Shown piece by piece: positions 1 to 12,118 of a stretch of DNA of 64,000 bases. The notes beneath the pieces were generated by a model, which saw nothing but the letters and a program-made list of their open reading frames with translations, had not been told where the DNA came from and ran no database searches. The position numbers were made by a program, and so were the translations under genes. Each line of letters starts with the position of its first letter. Within the stretch, counting starts at the first letter, position 1. The stretch is from Fimicolochytrium jonesii (taxonomy: Eukaryota), in NCBI RefSeq assembly GCF_025526975.1, contig NW_026515680.1, positions 186,001 through 250,000 of the forward strand, read 5' to 3'.

Positions 1-502
1 CGCATCCCTCTCCGGCCGCACATCCAGCGCACCCGGCGGTCTCACCAGCGCTTCAGCCTCCGGGTTACGGCACACCCCACTGTTGCCGACACCCTCGACG
101 AATGGAATAACCGGCACATCCCCACTAGCCTCCCACGCCATCCCCACCCCGGCCGGCTCAGCCCCGATGTCCCGCCGCCCCTCCTCAGCAGGCGTCGTCC
201 TCTCCCGCACGCCCACACTCACGTTCGACCTCAACTCCGTCTGTTCCGCCGAACACCTGCCCCTTTCGAGTGAGGCCACCGATCTCTTCCACATGCACCC
301 GTCGCGTCATCATAATAGTCAGAGTCATAGCCATGGGGACATGATCCATCTCCCTGCTGTGAGTGATACGGAAGACGAGGCGGATCTGTTTGATGCGAAG
401 GTTGAGGCTGCGGCTCTGGCGGCGGCGGTGATTGGGGAGAGGTTTCCGAATGTGGAGTTTGTGGAGAGTTTGGGGGCGTGTGGGTTGGCTGCGGAGGTGT
501 AG
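1..502 (+). CDS. 3' end of a gene entering from the left edge; Ser/Pro-rich, function unknown
   Basis: Open frame ends at TAG 500-502 with the C-rich to G-rich shift seen at the 3' ends of other genes here. No recognisable domain. Confidence 0.4.
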   Translation, partial: ASLSGRTSSAPGGLTSASASGLRHTPLLPTPSTNGITGTSPLASHAIPTPAGSAPMSRRPSSAGVVLSRTPTLTFDLNSVCSAEHLPLSSEATDLFHMHPSRHHNSQSHSHGDMIHLPAVSDTEDEADLFDAKVEAAALAAAVIGERFPNVEFVESLGACGLAAEV

Positions 503-3102
503 ATGGTGGGGGGATGTGGGGATCGCCTCTGTTATGTGAGGGGGGGGGGGGGGGGGGGTGATGTGAGGGGGGGTTAGTTATTGAAGGAGGGGGGGGGGGG
601 GGGGGGGGGGAATGGGGCAAGCGGTGCGATGCTGGCTTGTGAACCCCTTTCTCGTCTCGATTGAACATATAGGAGGAACGGGGAAACGGGAAATGAGGGC
701 AGAGCGGGGGGATGATACGGACTGAACCTGTCTTGTTCTTTTGCGCGCTCCCTCCTTTCTCCTTGTGTGGGGGTGTGTTTGTATCATATATAACTTGCGT
801 TTTTTTTTTCACACCTGGCGGTGCTGCAATTTGCGGGCATTGGACTATGCGCCTGGGGGCCGCCTGCTTGTCAATGAAACCCAAAAGTCATGCGGCAATG
901 GTCTGGCTGGCTCCTATCCACACCAACCCTGGTTTGCATGTAGAGCTTAAAGTGTTTGGGCACAGGAGTATAGTTATACAGTACACCGCCCCCCATCCCC
1001 TCTTCACCGCGGCCGGACACCCCATTCCCGGCCCCGTTCTGCACACCAATCGGAGCTGGAGCTATCTCTCTGGCTTTGCAGGGCTCCATTCGCGTAAAAC
1101 TTCTTACATCCCCTCGCGGCCCCCCCCCCCCCCCCCCTCCCCGCGGGATCGTTGTTTACATCCAGCTGTGCGTTCCGCAAGTACAGTCCAGCGCGGTGGG
1201 CCGGGAAAGTCGCGAATGACCGGCCGCGAATGATTGTATATGTAGGGCCGGCGGGGAAGGGTGTGAACTATGCGGGTAGGATTCAGACAGTCGACTGTCG
1301 AGCGCCTCAAATCCCAAGGCGAAGACAAGGCCAGGCTTGCCTTGGGGGACCGCTATGCCGTCGATGTTGCTTGTGGATGACGTAAGCTGCTCGAATAGGT
1401 TGATCGAATGTTCGTTGTGGAATATTCGGAACCGGGCACTCCGAGCAAGAAAGCCTTGCAGTGCCCGCCTTCGATTGATCGCGCGCTGTGGAAGGGACTC
1501 GTCGTTCGTGCTCTACATGTACAGTACGTGTTGAACCCCGTCGGCCCCGGGTGATGGCCGCCATCAGGGCAGAGACGTTCATGGTTGACAGTGCCGGCGC
1601 CGGATTCCCTGATGCCTTGATCGTTCCAGCCGTCCATGGACAAGACCCGCACCCGTCGCTCCCAGCGTTTCGGCGTCCGCTGTGGGGTAGCTCGATCGCC
1701 CAACCTCGATACGTTCTCGCCGTCGCGCGTAATGTCCCCCACCGCTGGACGCTCTCGGCAAAGGGGATGGAGGCGAGGGAAGCGAATGCCCAAGTCATCA
1801 ACTACGGGAACGCTCACCTAGCGGTGTCAAAAGACCGTCGCACGTCCTCGCCCACTTTGCCAACAGCAAACAACGACGAGCGCACGTTTCATCCGACCCC
1901 TCCAACCAGCACCTCAACCAAGAGTAGCCATGTCGAGGCATAACCGAACGAGCTCCGCGGCAAAGCGCAAAACTTCGCCGGCGACGCAACCTTTCCGAAT
2001 GTACGTAGATAAACCCGTTGTTTATTTCGCAATGAAAGTGTTTGATCTTGGCTTTCTGTAAGATTGTCAATGTGCGTGAAAACTTGTTTGTTCCCGGCGA
2101 GGGTGAGGGCTTTCTCGCATATCGACGGGCACAGATCCGGACGATGCCGTCTGCTCCCGGTGTGACACTGGAGGGATGCGATTCACCATACTTTAGCAGA
2201 TCCCGTCCACGACAGGACTAGGAACTTCAAGAGTCGGAGAGATGTGGGACCACCTAGAACTTGTGGAATGCTATGGATGGAAGGGTCGGAAGGGGGGAGG
2301 GGCTCATGAGATATGTATTGTTTATGAATGTCGCCAAACGCCGAAACCATTCTCCTATGCTTTGGTGGGTGGTATGAGTTGAGTTGATGAATTGTTTTGG
2401 TAATCAGCATTGCATTATGCATGGGAACGAGAAGGAAGGAGGATTACTTGGATGTGGTCTGCGTGTGGATGCGGAAAGTTGGGAATCAAACCCTGCTGAC
2501 GGGACCTGTTGAAGTCGGGGGGGCCCATATCGCGGTTAGTAATGGAATGCGTGGGCTGGATGGCTTGCAGGATGACTTGGCCGCACCCTGCCTGCTGCTG
2601 AGCCTCGACTCCCTAGACTCTAGTACTTCGCAACTCAAACAGTCCCGTTTGCCAAGGACAAGCAGTCCTACCGCCCATCACGCACAGCCAGCAACGCTCA
2701 ACCACCCCATCTCAAAGTGTTCATAGGTTCCCCTCCTACTCGCGCCACTTTCCAACTATCAGGGCTGGGAAGATCCTCCTTTCATCCCGCATAAGTCGCC
2801 ACCCCTCCAGCGCCAACCCACCGGCACGCCACCTCGGCCCTCGAGCCACACTCACTCGCAACTAAAAGCCCAGGCGAAGCAGGGACCAAACCTTTCCCTT
2901 CACACCGGGCGACCTCTTCCAAACCGATAGTTTTTATCCGCTAACAATTTTAGCGCTCAATTGGAAGAAAGCATAGAGCACCGGGGTCGATCGATTTTCC
3001 CACGCAGGGGTGCTGTCAATTGTCAGAACCACACATCCCATAAAAGAGCCCTTAACGTAGCCTACCACCCCGAACGTCCCACCACCCCCACCCGCCCACA
3101 AG

Positions 3103-3896
3103 ATGTCCACCCCCTCCAAACGCCGCCTCATGCGCGACTTCAAGCGGCTCCAAACCGACCCCCCAGAAGGCGTCTCAGGCGCCCCTTGTCCCGACAACGT
3201 GCTTCTCTGGAACGCCGTGATTTTCGGGCCCGAGGAGACCCCGTTCGAGGACGGCACGTTTAAGTTGGCGTTGACGTTTGATGAGAGTTACCCGACGAAG
3301 CCGCCGCATGTGAAGTTTATTAGCAAGATGTTTCATCCGAATGTTTATGCGAATGGGGATTTGTGTTTGGATATACTGCAGAATAGGTGGTGAGTAGAGG
3401 GAGCGACGGCGGCGAGCGGTAGCGAGCCTGATTTGTGTAAGAGCCCGAGCGAAAGCGAGAGCGACCTGAGGCCGATTCCTCACGCGAGCCAAGCGAGCGG
3501 CTGGTGGAGGGAGGACGAACGCAGTGAGTGCGAGCGAAGCGAGTTCCTTACGCCAAAGGCGCAATCTCCATATTTACACGCGAGTTTCAACGAGCATTGG
3601 ACCCTTTGCGAGCGAAGCGAGCTCCGCCCACTGCCCACCGCCCCCAGCGACCGCATTCCTTAGTTGAGACATTCCAGTACGTAAACCCGTTCACTAACTG
3701 TGAAATCTCCCTCGTTCGCAAATGCAGGTCACCAACATACGACGTAGCAGCCATCCTCACATCGATCCAATCGCTTCTGCACGACCCGAACCCCAACAGC
3801 CCCGCCAACGCCGAAGCCGCGCGGTTGTTCCAAGAGAATAAGAAGGATTACAATAAGCGGGTTAGGGAGACTGTCGAGGAGTCTTGGCTGAATTAG
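3103..3896 (+). CDS. RAD6: Ubiquitin-conjugating enzyme E2 Rad6/Ubc2 (exons 3103-3389 and 3728-3896)
   Basis: [17 protein letters not shown]...[45 protein letters not shown] is near-invariant Rad6 with the catalytic Cys. GT-AG intron 3390-3727 restores the frame. Confidence 0.97.
3411..3622 (+). repeat. Intronic array of tandem-GA mini-hairpins (dispersed element copy, RAD6 intron)
   Basis: Seven related motifs, e.g. GGCGAGC-GGTA-GCGAGCC, ACGAAC-GCA-GTGAGT, GCGAGT-TTCA-ACGAGC and GCGAGC-GAA-GCGAGC. 3530-3564 matches the reverse complement of 33741-33776. Confidence 0.8.
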
Positions 3897-4673
3897 GGCG
3901 GGCGGAATGGAACCGGAAGCGGGACGCGGGGAAAGGGGGGATTGGAGAAGCGAGAGTAGGAATGGGCAGTGTGGGAGGCGGGATCGGGATCGGACGTCGT
4001 GCGAAGTTTGTGATGGAATACCTATGCGATTGCCGTGTCGTCAACACGGACCAACGTCGAGTTCGGGTTAGGGCAGAAATGGTTGGAGACAACCCGGGGG
4101 GAGAAATGGCGAGCGGCGGCGGAGGAAAAAGGAAGGGACACGATGGGGCGATCACGATGAGGCGCTTTTACCGGACGGGCGAGAACGAGAACGCAAACGA
4201 TACAGCTCAAAGTACACTTCGATTCATTACGTGTACAAACACATGCGCCCGCCGGGTCCCCACCCCCCTTGGGATGTGTTTCGGATTGATGGCGGATGGT
4301 GGAACGGCGAAATTACACGCATCACCCCACAGGACTTCTGCATTATCTCACCCCAACATTCCGCATACCCCTTCTGATGCTAGCGAGCATGTATCTCAAC
4401 CTCCAACCCCGTAGGTGTTCATCCCACTTCTTGTATGAAATACTAGGGCTAGATTTCGTCATGGTCTGTCCCTATCCCGTCCCACCCTTCCTCTCCCCAT
4501 CAGTGTTTCGTTGTTGTCGCAATGTGCCTTTTTTTTTTTGTATATGCATAATCAATGATCAAAAAACAACAAACGGTGCGAAATCGGGGAATTAGGGAAG
4601 AGAGAGATATTTAAGGGAGATATTTAAGGGGAAGTTCATTACTATCTACGTTATGCTCGAACGGCCACCACAT

Positions 4674-7654
4674 TCAACGATCCACCAAAACCGGCTTCCT
4701 CCGTCTCAACCCCTCCAACCCCACCTCCACACTCTGCACCCCTTCGATCCTCTTCCCCTCCGCCTGCTGCTCCTTCACGGCATTAGCATACCTCCCCAGG
4801 GCCCAGACCGGGAAATAGAACTTATAGTTCGGATACGCAATCATCGCATTGCGATTGAACACGCCCTCGATGCCCTCCTGGGCCCACGCGCCGGTCGGCA
4901 GCTGCCGCTGCATCAACAGCCGCACCCCGCGCTCCACCACCTCCCCCCCCGCGGCTCCCAGGGGGTACTTTGCGGCGAGGAGGGTCAGCACGGCCCAGGC
5001 GGTGTGCACGACCTGGCTGGTCTCGGCGGGGTGGTAGACGGCGGTCTCGGAGGACTTGTAGGTCTCACCCCAGCCTCCGTCCGTTTCCTGTTTCGCGACG
5101 AGGAACTCGCATGCGTTGCGGACGCGCGCGGACGAGTGGTAGGACTCGCGCGCGCAGGCGGCGAGACCCTCGACGGCGAACCAGGTCGCGTAGGTGAAGC
5201 AGATGGCCCAGCTTCCGAACCAGGATCCGTCCGGGTTCTGGGTGTTGCGGATGTACGCGACGCCCTGTGCGGTCGCGGCGGTGATCTCGGCGGCGCGGTA
5301 GTGGGCGTCGTGCGCGGCGAAGGCTTGGAGGCCGAGGAGGACCGCGGTGGTGCATTCCGGGTAGCTGTACTCGACCATGATGTCGCCGAAGACCTCGGCG
5401 GGGTTGATCTTCTCCAGCAGCGTTGGGGCCCGCCGCCGCTCGTACGAGGGGAACCCGCCGTCGGCGTTCTGCATGGGGAGGAGGATGTCGACGGCGTTGC
5501 GGAAGCGCGTGTCGGTGATCTTGGGGAAGGAGGACGAGGACATGTAGGGCAGGTTGTTCTGCATGTACAGCAGCGTCTTGAGCGCCTCCGCTGTGCAGTC
5601 CGACACGGTGTACCCCTGCATCCGCCGGCTGAACGGCCACGCGCCGTTCGTCTTGTCTCGGTAACAGCGGGTGTGGTTGTCGACGTTGTGCTGGATCTGC
5701 TGGCTGTCCAGGAAGCTGAACGCTTGCCGCATCATCGGCTCGAAGGCGGGCTCGAGGGCGAGCTGGGACTCGCAGGCGGCTTGGCAGAGGAAGGCGGTGT
5801 CCCAGACCTGGGACCCGTCGGTGCCGTTGAAGTGCATGCCTTGCGGGGAGAGCCAGATGTAGTCGGCGCAGCGGGAGAGGTGGGCCTGGAAGGAGGGGTG
5901 GGTGGGGCCGAGTTTGAAGTAGGTGCAGAGCATGTTCATGGGCTTGTTGACCTATGCGAATCATGGAGGGAGATGTTAGACCGGGGCGGATCGTGGGGCG
6001 GATATGATCCCCTGACAGGAACACAAACGTGCCTGTGTGTGTCACATACCGAAGCAAGATTCCCAAAAGATGTGTTCTTATCCTCCATCTCAAGCTGCCT
6101 CCACGCCTCATCAACCGCCCACTGCCTCACTTTGCGCGGGGCGATCTTCTCGTACAGCTTGCAAATCACTGGCAGGGGAGGGATAAGAGTTGAGAACCCG
6201 TGCTTGCCCATTCCTGGCGCCCCCTTCTCCCTCAAAAAAGAAGAAACTCACCATTCAACCCATCCAACACCCTCGTATGCGGATAAAACACCTCGGCCTC
6301 CGCAATGTTATTACACTGCGCATCCCAATCAATGCTCGCATACGGCTGCGCATACAGTTCCTCGCGCAGCTGTTCGAGCAGGGGTGTGATCTCGCCGCGG
6401 AGGCGTTGGCCGTAGATGAAGGACATGGGGAGGTAGACCATGCGCGTGTGGATCCACCAGCGGCCGGGGTGGATGGGGAGGGCGTAGGGGAGGAGCCTGA
6501 AGTGGGGGGGTGGGGATGGGTTAGGTAGATGTTGGTTTGAGGAGGAGGGGGGGGGTCAAAGGGCATTGTGTCATCACACATACCAGAGTTCAGGCGGAAC
6601 AGGGTTCATCCCCTCGTACTCATACACGCCCAACACGGCCAGCCAGAACTTGCCCCACGAGGGCACGCTGAGAGCGGTGCCGAGCCGGTGCAGCGTGGCG
6701 CGCGCTTTGATCATGGCCGGGTGGTCGCGGTCCACGCCGAGCAGGCGGCACGCGACGTAGTTGAGGGTGGTGCCAAAGACGGTCGAGACGCCTTCCGTGT
6801 GGCTGGCGGGGGTTATCAGACACGTGGCACGGTGAGTTCGGGGGCCCTTTTTAACATTCTCCCCCGCACATACGACAAGCATACGTACATTCCCCACCCG
6901 CCGTCCTCCTTACTCGCCATATTCAACAGGTACCGCACCATCTCGATCCGCGACGGTTCGTCGATCGTCTGCTTGCAGACATACATGGCGATGATGTATC
7001 CGGGGGTGAGGAAATGCGGGCCGCCATATGCGCCGGCGAAATGGCCGTCCTCGCATTGCAGCTTGCTGAAGAAGGTGAGACCGTTGCGCGCGGACTCGAG
7101 AGGGGTGCGTGCCGTGGGGAGGGTGGATACGTTCTGTTATCGGGGGAGGCGGACCAAAACGAAATGAGTATGAGTGCGCTGGACCGATGAATGAAAACGA
7201 CCCCTCCTACGGGATGTGGGACGGGCGCGGAGTATCGTATCAAGGACATCCTGCTGGGAATATCGAAACTTGGGCGGGAGAACCGACCCCAAGCAACCCT
7301 GCGCGTCACCGTCGCTCGGTCGCAGAACCCTCGAGCAACTCACACTTGCCCACTCCAACTCCTCCTGCCCCTCGCTTTGTCCATCGCATTCCTTCCTCGG
7401 GGAACTCACGTAACCCCCCCTCGATCGAAACTCAAACCCCCCCGCCCCACCCTTGTGCACAATCCCACCACCCCTCCATCCACTAAACCTACCATATCAA
7501 GATCCAGCCAATACCTATCAGCATGCGTCTGCGGCCACGCGCTCGCCGCGCGCTCATCTTCCAGGTAATGCCACGTCTGCCTGCCGTCCTCGCTGCGGAG
7601 CCGCCAGCGGGTGAGGTCGGTTGCGCGCAGGGGGGGTGGGTCTGACCTGCCCAT
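4674..7654 (-). CDS. ERG7: Oxidosqualene cyclase, lanosterol synthase type (multi-exon)
   Basis: N-terminal [15 protein letters not shown] repeats (QNADGGF, QNPDGSW, QETDGGW) and catalytic VSDCTAE. Thr in NGTDGSQ plus Q..V before SDCTAE are the lanosterol-type rather than cycloartenol-type (Y/H/I) residues. Confidence 0.95.
7278..7326 (-). repeat. Dispersed element fragment in ERG7 intron 1 (7134-7492)
   Basis: Minus strand CTGCGACCGAGCGACGGTGACGCGCAGGGTTGCTTGGGG aligns with BolA intron CTGCGACGAGCGAGGCGAGGCGCAGGGATGCTTGAGG (about 40915-40951) and with the NagD intron GCGCAGGGCTGCTTG. Confidence 0.65.
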
Positions 7655-8389
7655 TTGGTTTCGTCGCAGGGTTTGTTTTGCGATACTTGGAAGGTCGGAT
7701 ACCCGGCTCTGTGCGTCGCCTGGAGATGTGTTCAATTCAGTCCTGCGACTACGGGGGTTGTCTAGGGATGCAGTGCGAAAGTGCGAGGTGTGAGGGGTGA
7801 GGGGTCGGACTGAGTCGGGAGGGGCTTGGGATATAAAGGACTCCTCGTCTGCGACTTGCGTCTGCGGCTTGGGCGTGCATGGCGGGGATATGGATATGGT
7901 GTGGGGAACAAGGGCGAGGTGTGCTCTTCTTGCGAAAGTGCGTGGGCAGGAGGACATCGGGCCATCCATCGCGCGCGCTTCCCGTCAGTCCCTCTCTCAG
8001 CCAGTCCGCCGCAGTCCGTCAGGCGACTCAGGCCACAGGACGGAGGAGTCGCGTGACGGTTATCTGCGCACCGTGGGTCCGGATGGGAATCCACGCGGGT
8101 CCATCGACAAACCGGCGGTAACCACGCTGACCCAGACCCATTTAGCATACACACTCAAATGGGGTGCACAGCCACCTGCCCGTATTTGACAAGAGCATCA
8201 CCGAATGAAGCAACAGCAACCAGACCGCCTTCACTCTCTAATTATTCCCAGCCGAGGAAACAAACCCAATCCCCTTTCCGGTACCGGTATGAGTACCGGG
8301 GGGGGGGGGGGGGGGGGTATATTTATCGTCCTCAGAAGAGAAAAAACTCGTCAGGATCCTCCCCATCCCCACTCATCCCCGTCTACTCC

Positions 8390-11137
8390 TCACAACCCAG
8401 CCAACCCCGCCTCCCCCGCCAACTCCCCACACAACCCCTCCAACAACGCCCTCAGCTCCCTGACCCGTCCCACCACGCCCTTCAGCGCCGCCAGCTCGCC
8501 GCGCATGTGCCGCACCATCTCATTGCACTCGCCCAGCAGGCCCGCCAGCTCCCTGCACCGGCGTTCCAGGAACTCGTTCCGCGCCGCCAACGCACCGTTC
8601 TGGGCTTGCAGCGTTGGCATGTCGACCACCGGCGGGTGCGATGTCGCATTGTTCGGCGGGTTGTTGGGCGGGCGCGTGAAGGAGGGGTTGGAGACGGTGG
8701 AGATGGTTGTGGTGGTCGTGCCGCCGGTGGTGTTGCGGGAGGGTTGGTCGGGGTTGATGGAGGCGAGGAGCGTTGATTCGGTTGTTTCTGTTGCGGCTGT
8801 TGTTATGGATGAGCCCGAGGTGTTGCGCGGGGGTGGGAGGGTCGGTGGTAGGGGCTGGTGGGGTTCTGTTGTTGTTGTTGTTGTTGTTGTTGATGTGGGG
8901 GCTGGGGCGGTGGGAGGCGCAGGGAAGGATGAATCCCCACTGCTCCCGCTGCTCGTCTCCTGGGGCACCGCCGGCACCTCTTTCCTCCCTTCACTCGGCG
9001 CCCCGGCAGTCGAGCTCGCTCCAGACTCCGGCCGCGCCGACTCGACAAAATCGTCAAAGAACGGATTCGCCGGCGCTACAACGTCCATCTGATCATCCAC
9101 GACGTTCAGTTCCGCGGCGAGGTGGGGCCGCCGTAAAGGTATAGTCGTTCGTAACGGGAAGGGGAAGGGGTCGGAATTAGATCGTGGGGCTGGTTGTGGT
9201 GTTTCAGAGGCGGTGAAAGGGAACGAGCCGGCGCCGTCGGAGCCGGGGAGGCGGGAGGGGGAGGTTTCGGTGCGCGTGGGTGAGGGTGGGTGGATGGTGT
9301 TGGATGTGAGGGAGCGGTGACGTTGTGCCGGTGATGGTGGTATTCGTGCTGAATGGCGGTCGTCATCATCGGCGTTAACAGCCGCCGGCTGTTTCCCCTT
9401 CTCCCGCGCCGGATCCGCTTGGTCCCACTCCATCCCCGCCGCCGTATCCTCATGCTGCTGTTCTTCATCCCCATCCGCACTCCCTTCACTCCTCACCGAC
9501 CCCAGTCGCTGCACCGCACCCCCACCATCCGTCCTCCCCTCCCCACCACCCCCACCCTCCTTCCTCCCCTCCAACCCCTCCACAACCTGATTAAACACCA
9601 TCGCGGCAAGCCCCTGCGGCCCCGACTCCCTCCCCGACTCCCTCCCCACCTCCTCACTCCCACTCTCACTCTCCTCCAAACTCGCCGTCCGGGGCGTCAC
9701 CCGAATATGGGTGTCCGCATACCCATCATGCCGCCCTCCGCCCTCCTCGTCGGCCGACTCCCGGGTAGAGGACCGACGTCTGCTCACCCGGCGTCTCGGC
9801 GATCCGTTGGAGGAGGACAAGAGTTCACGAACACGCATCGCACTCGAATGTTCCAGACTCCCCCTCCTAGCCCGTTTCGTCGCGCGTCCACCACCACCAC
9901 CACCACCACCACTCTCATCGCTCTGCGCGCTGGATCTCCTAGACTCCCTGGTGCGCGGGTTGGGGAAGGGCGATGCGCCTGAATGAGAAGGATGGGAGTC
10001 GGGGAGGGTGATGAAGAAGCTGTTTGGGATGCCGAGGAGGTAGTCGAAGTAGGCGTCGATGTGGTGCCAGGTGAGCCAGTCTTTGATGCGGACGGCAATG
10101 TTGGTGCCGCGGCGGTGGAAGCCGAGGCTGCGGGCTATGTCGGACCATGATCGGAGCTGCAAATCATCGTTTAAAGGATATCAGCACGGATCTCCCTTTT
10201 AACGTTGGGCTCCAAATGAAGCACATTGTACCTTATCAACCCCGCCATAAAACTTCACCAGCTCAAACAAATCAAACGGCATAAACGAGCGTTTCTGGTT
10301 CCTCGGCGGTTGCATGAACTTGACGACATGCTCCTCGACGCTGCATTTGTCCGTGGGCTCGTTGTGGAAGGCTTTGATGAAGGCTTCGTAGGTCGGGCGG
10401 ATCGTTTCGCGAGTTATGGTGATTTGGCGGCCGGGTTGGAATTCGCGAAGGAGGTGGGCTGGAGGCCTCGGCTCTCCCACCGTATCGTGCCCCCCAGCCC
10501 TCCGCTCAATCGGATCATACGGCGGCTGCCTCTCCCCACCAGAACCAACTCTCTGCCCACTCCCATCCGAAAGATAATCATAAGGGAATGCTGGGCGAGG
10601 ATAATCCGGATATGCTTGCTGATGATGTTGGTGGTGATGTTGCGGTTGTTGACGATGGGGATAATGTTGTTGGGTAGTCGGTCCTGGTTGTTGTTGTTGT
10701 GGGTGATGCGATGGGTAACTGTATCCTCCGGAAGAGTATTGAGCGGGTGGGGGGAGGTGGTGCGGGTGTTGCGGCTGTTGTGTTAGTTGTGGTGGGTATG
10801 AAGATCCCTGCATCGGCTGCACATGCACACCCCCCTGCTGTGGAGGGTAAGAGGGCGAATACTGTTGTTGCGACTGCTGTTGATACTGGGGATGCCCCTG
10901 CTGTCCCTGCTGCTGTTGCTGCTGGTGCATGGTAGTATAGTGCGCGAAAACTTGGTGAGGATGGGTCACCTGGTCGGCGCGGGCAGCGTGTGTGGGTGAA
11001 AGTCGTTGATACTGCTGTGGGGGCAGCAAGTGGTGGTGGGGCTGGGAAGGAGGGTGGTGTGCGACGACAGGTGGTGCTGGCGGATAGGGTGCTCCAGTTG
11101 TGGGGGCGATGAGGGGTCTATCGCTCGGGGATGCCAT
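8390..11137 (-). CDS. ARID/BRIGHT-domain protein with Q/H/P-rich N-terminus and C-terminal coiled coil
   Basis: PFDLFELVKFYGGVDK|..RSWSDIARSLGF...IKDWL..YFDY fits the ARID pattern across a short intron (about 10160-10230). Flanks are low complexity with a heptad-like C-terminus. Confidence 0.75.
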
Positions 11138-11205
11138 CTCGCTGGGGCGCAAGGAGTGTTCTTTTATGGATTTTTCTGAGTGCTGTATATAAACGGGGCC
11201 CAGCC

Positions 11206-11235
11206 CTCTCTCTCTCTGTCTCTCTCTCTCTCTCT
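11206..11235. repeat. (CT)n microsatellite upstream of the ARID gene
   Basis: About 15 CT units with one interruption, next to a TATATA at about 11186. Confidence 0.9.
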
Positions 11236-12118
11236 TTCGTTGGAACCAGCCAAGGAATAGGACAGCATCAACAAGTTTGTCAGAGTGGGTAGCAGCGAGA
11301 CCCAGGGGGCGTTCTCTTTTGCTGTGAGGCCAGTCCAGCCCAGAGTGCAGTCTCTGTTCAGCGGTTGAGGGAATGGCGGAGGCCCGACCTCGGTTGGAAC
11401 TGGGCCCTGCCATCATGATCCCATTGCCATTGTTATTCCTATTGTCCCCTGTCGTCTATGATAACCAACCGCCCACGGATGATGACGCACGCTCCGGCCA
11501 GATGTCCGTCTGCGCCGTGGGTCCGGTTTAAAACACATCCAGCTTCCAACACGCCATGGAAACAGATGGGAAACCGCACTGGAGAAACCCGTCAGCTTCC
11601 CTCTCCGTAGTGGCCGCGTAGTTGCTCGTGGCCCAAGGGAACACCCCGTACCGCAGACCGCGCACTCGGATGACGGCAACCCAAGAAAGACCCCGTCACT
11701 GCAGGCAGCGCTTCTCAACCCCCACAAGCACAACGATAGATACAGAAGAGTAGTCGACATCGTTGGCCGTTCTGAAAGGGGGCCATCAGAAAAAATCTTA
11801 TTTCACTCGTACTACCCCCATTCATCAGCCCCCAAAACAAAACAAGGTGGGGCATATTGTGCCTCCTCCTCGGAAAAAAAAGCGACGATATACCCTTCCA
11901 CCCTCCTTTCTGAGAGATCCAAATACATTGCCACGGAGATCTGCCCGCCGTGCATCTCGCAGGACCCATCATGGGCCTCCCCCAAACTTGAACTGGGCGG
12001 ACTTTTGCAACACTACCCGCCCATCTCGGGCGCTATACACATATCACTGTTCCGCCCCCTTCGCTCTTCGCCGTTTAGACAACACCCGCATACCCTCTCC
12101 CCCCCAACCCCAACTCAT

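Noticed and set aside
700..2900. Cluster of overlapping 60-170 aa ORFs upstream of RAD6
   Set aside because: No recognisable domain, consistent strand or splice pattern, so no gene call is supportable.
3411..3622. GA-hairpin arrays as box C/D snoRNA or CRISPR repeats
   Set aside because: No properly placed terminal RUGAUGA/CUGA boxes, unit spacing is irregular and there are no cas genes. A K-turn-like protein-binding role is not excluded.
4653..6389. Long 578-aa + strand ORF and similar long ORFs opposite real genes (e.g. 17676-18719, 51306-52226, 62628-63737)
   Set aside because: Antisense shadows of GC-rich coding sequence with no independent motifs.
4674..7654. ERG7 as cycloartenol synthase or part of a triterpene cluster
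   Set aside because: Diagnostic residues are lanosterol-type, and there are no neighbouring P450 or transferase genes.
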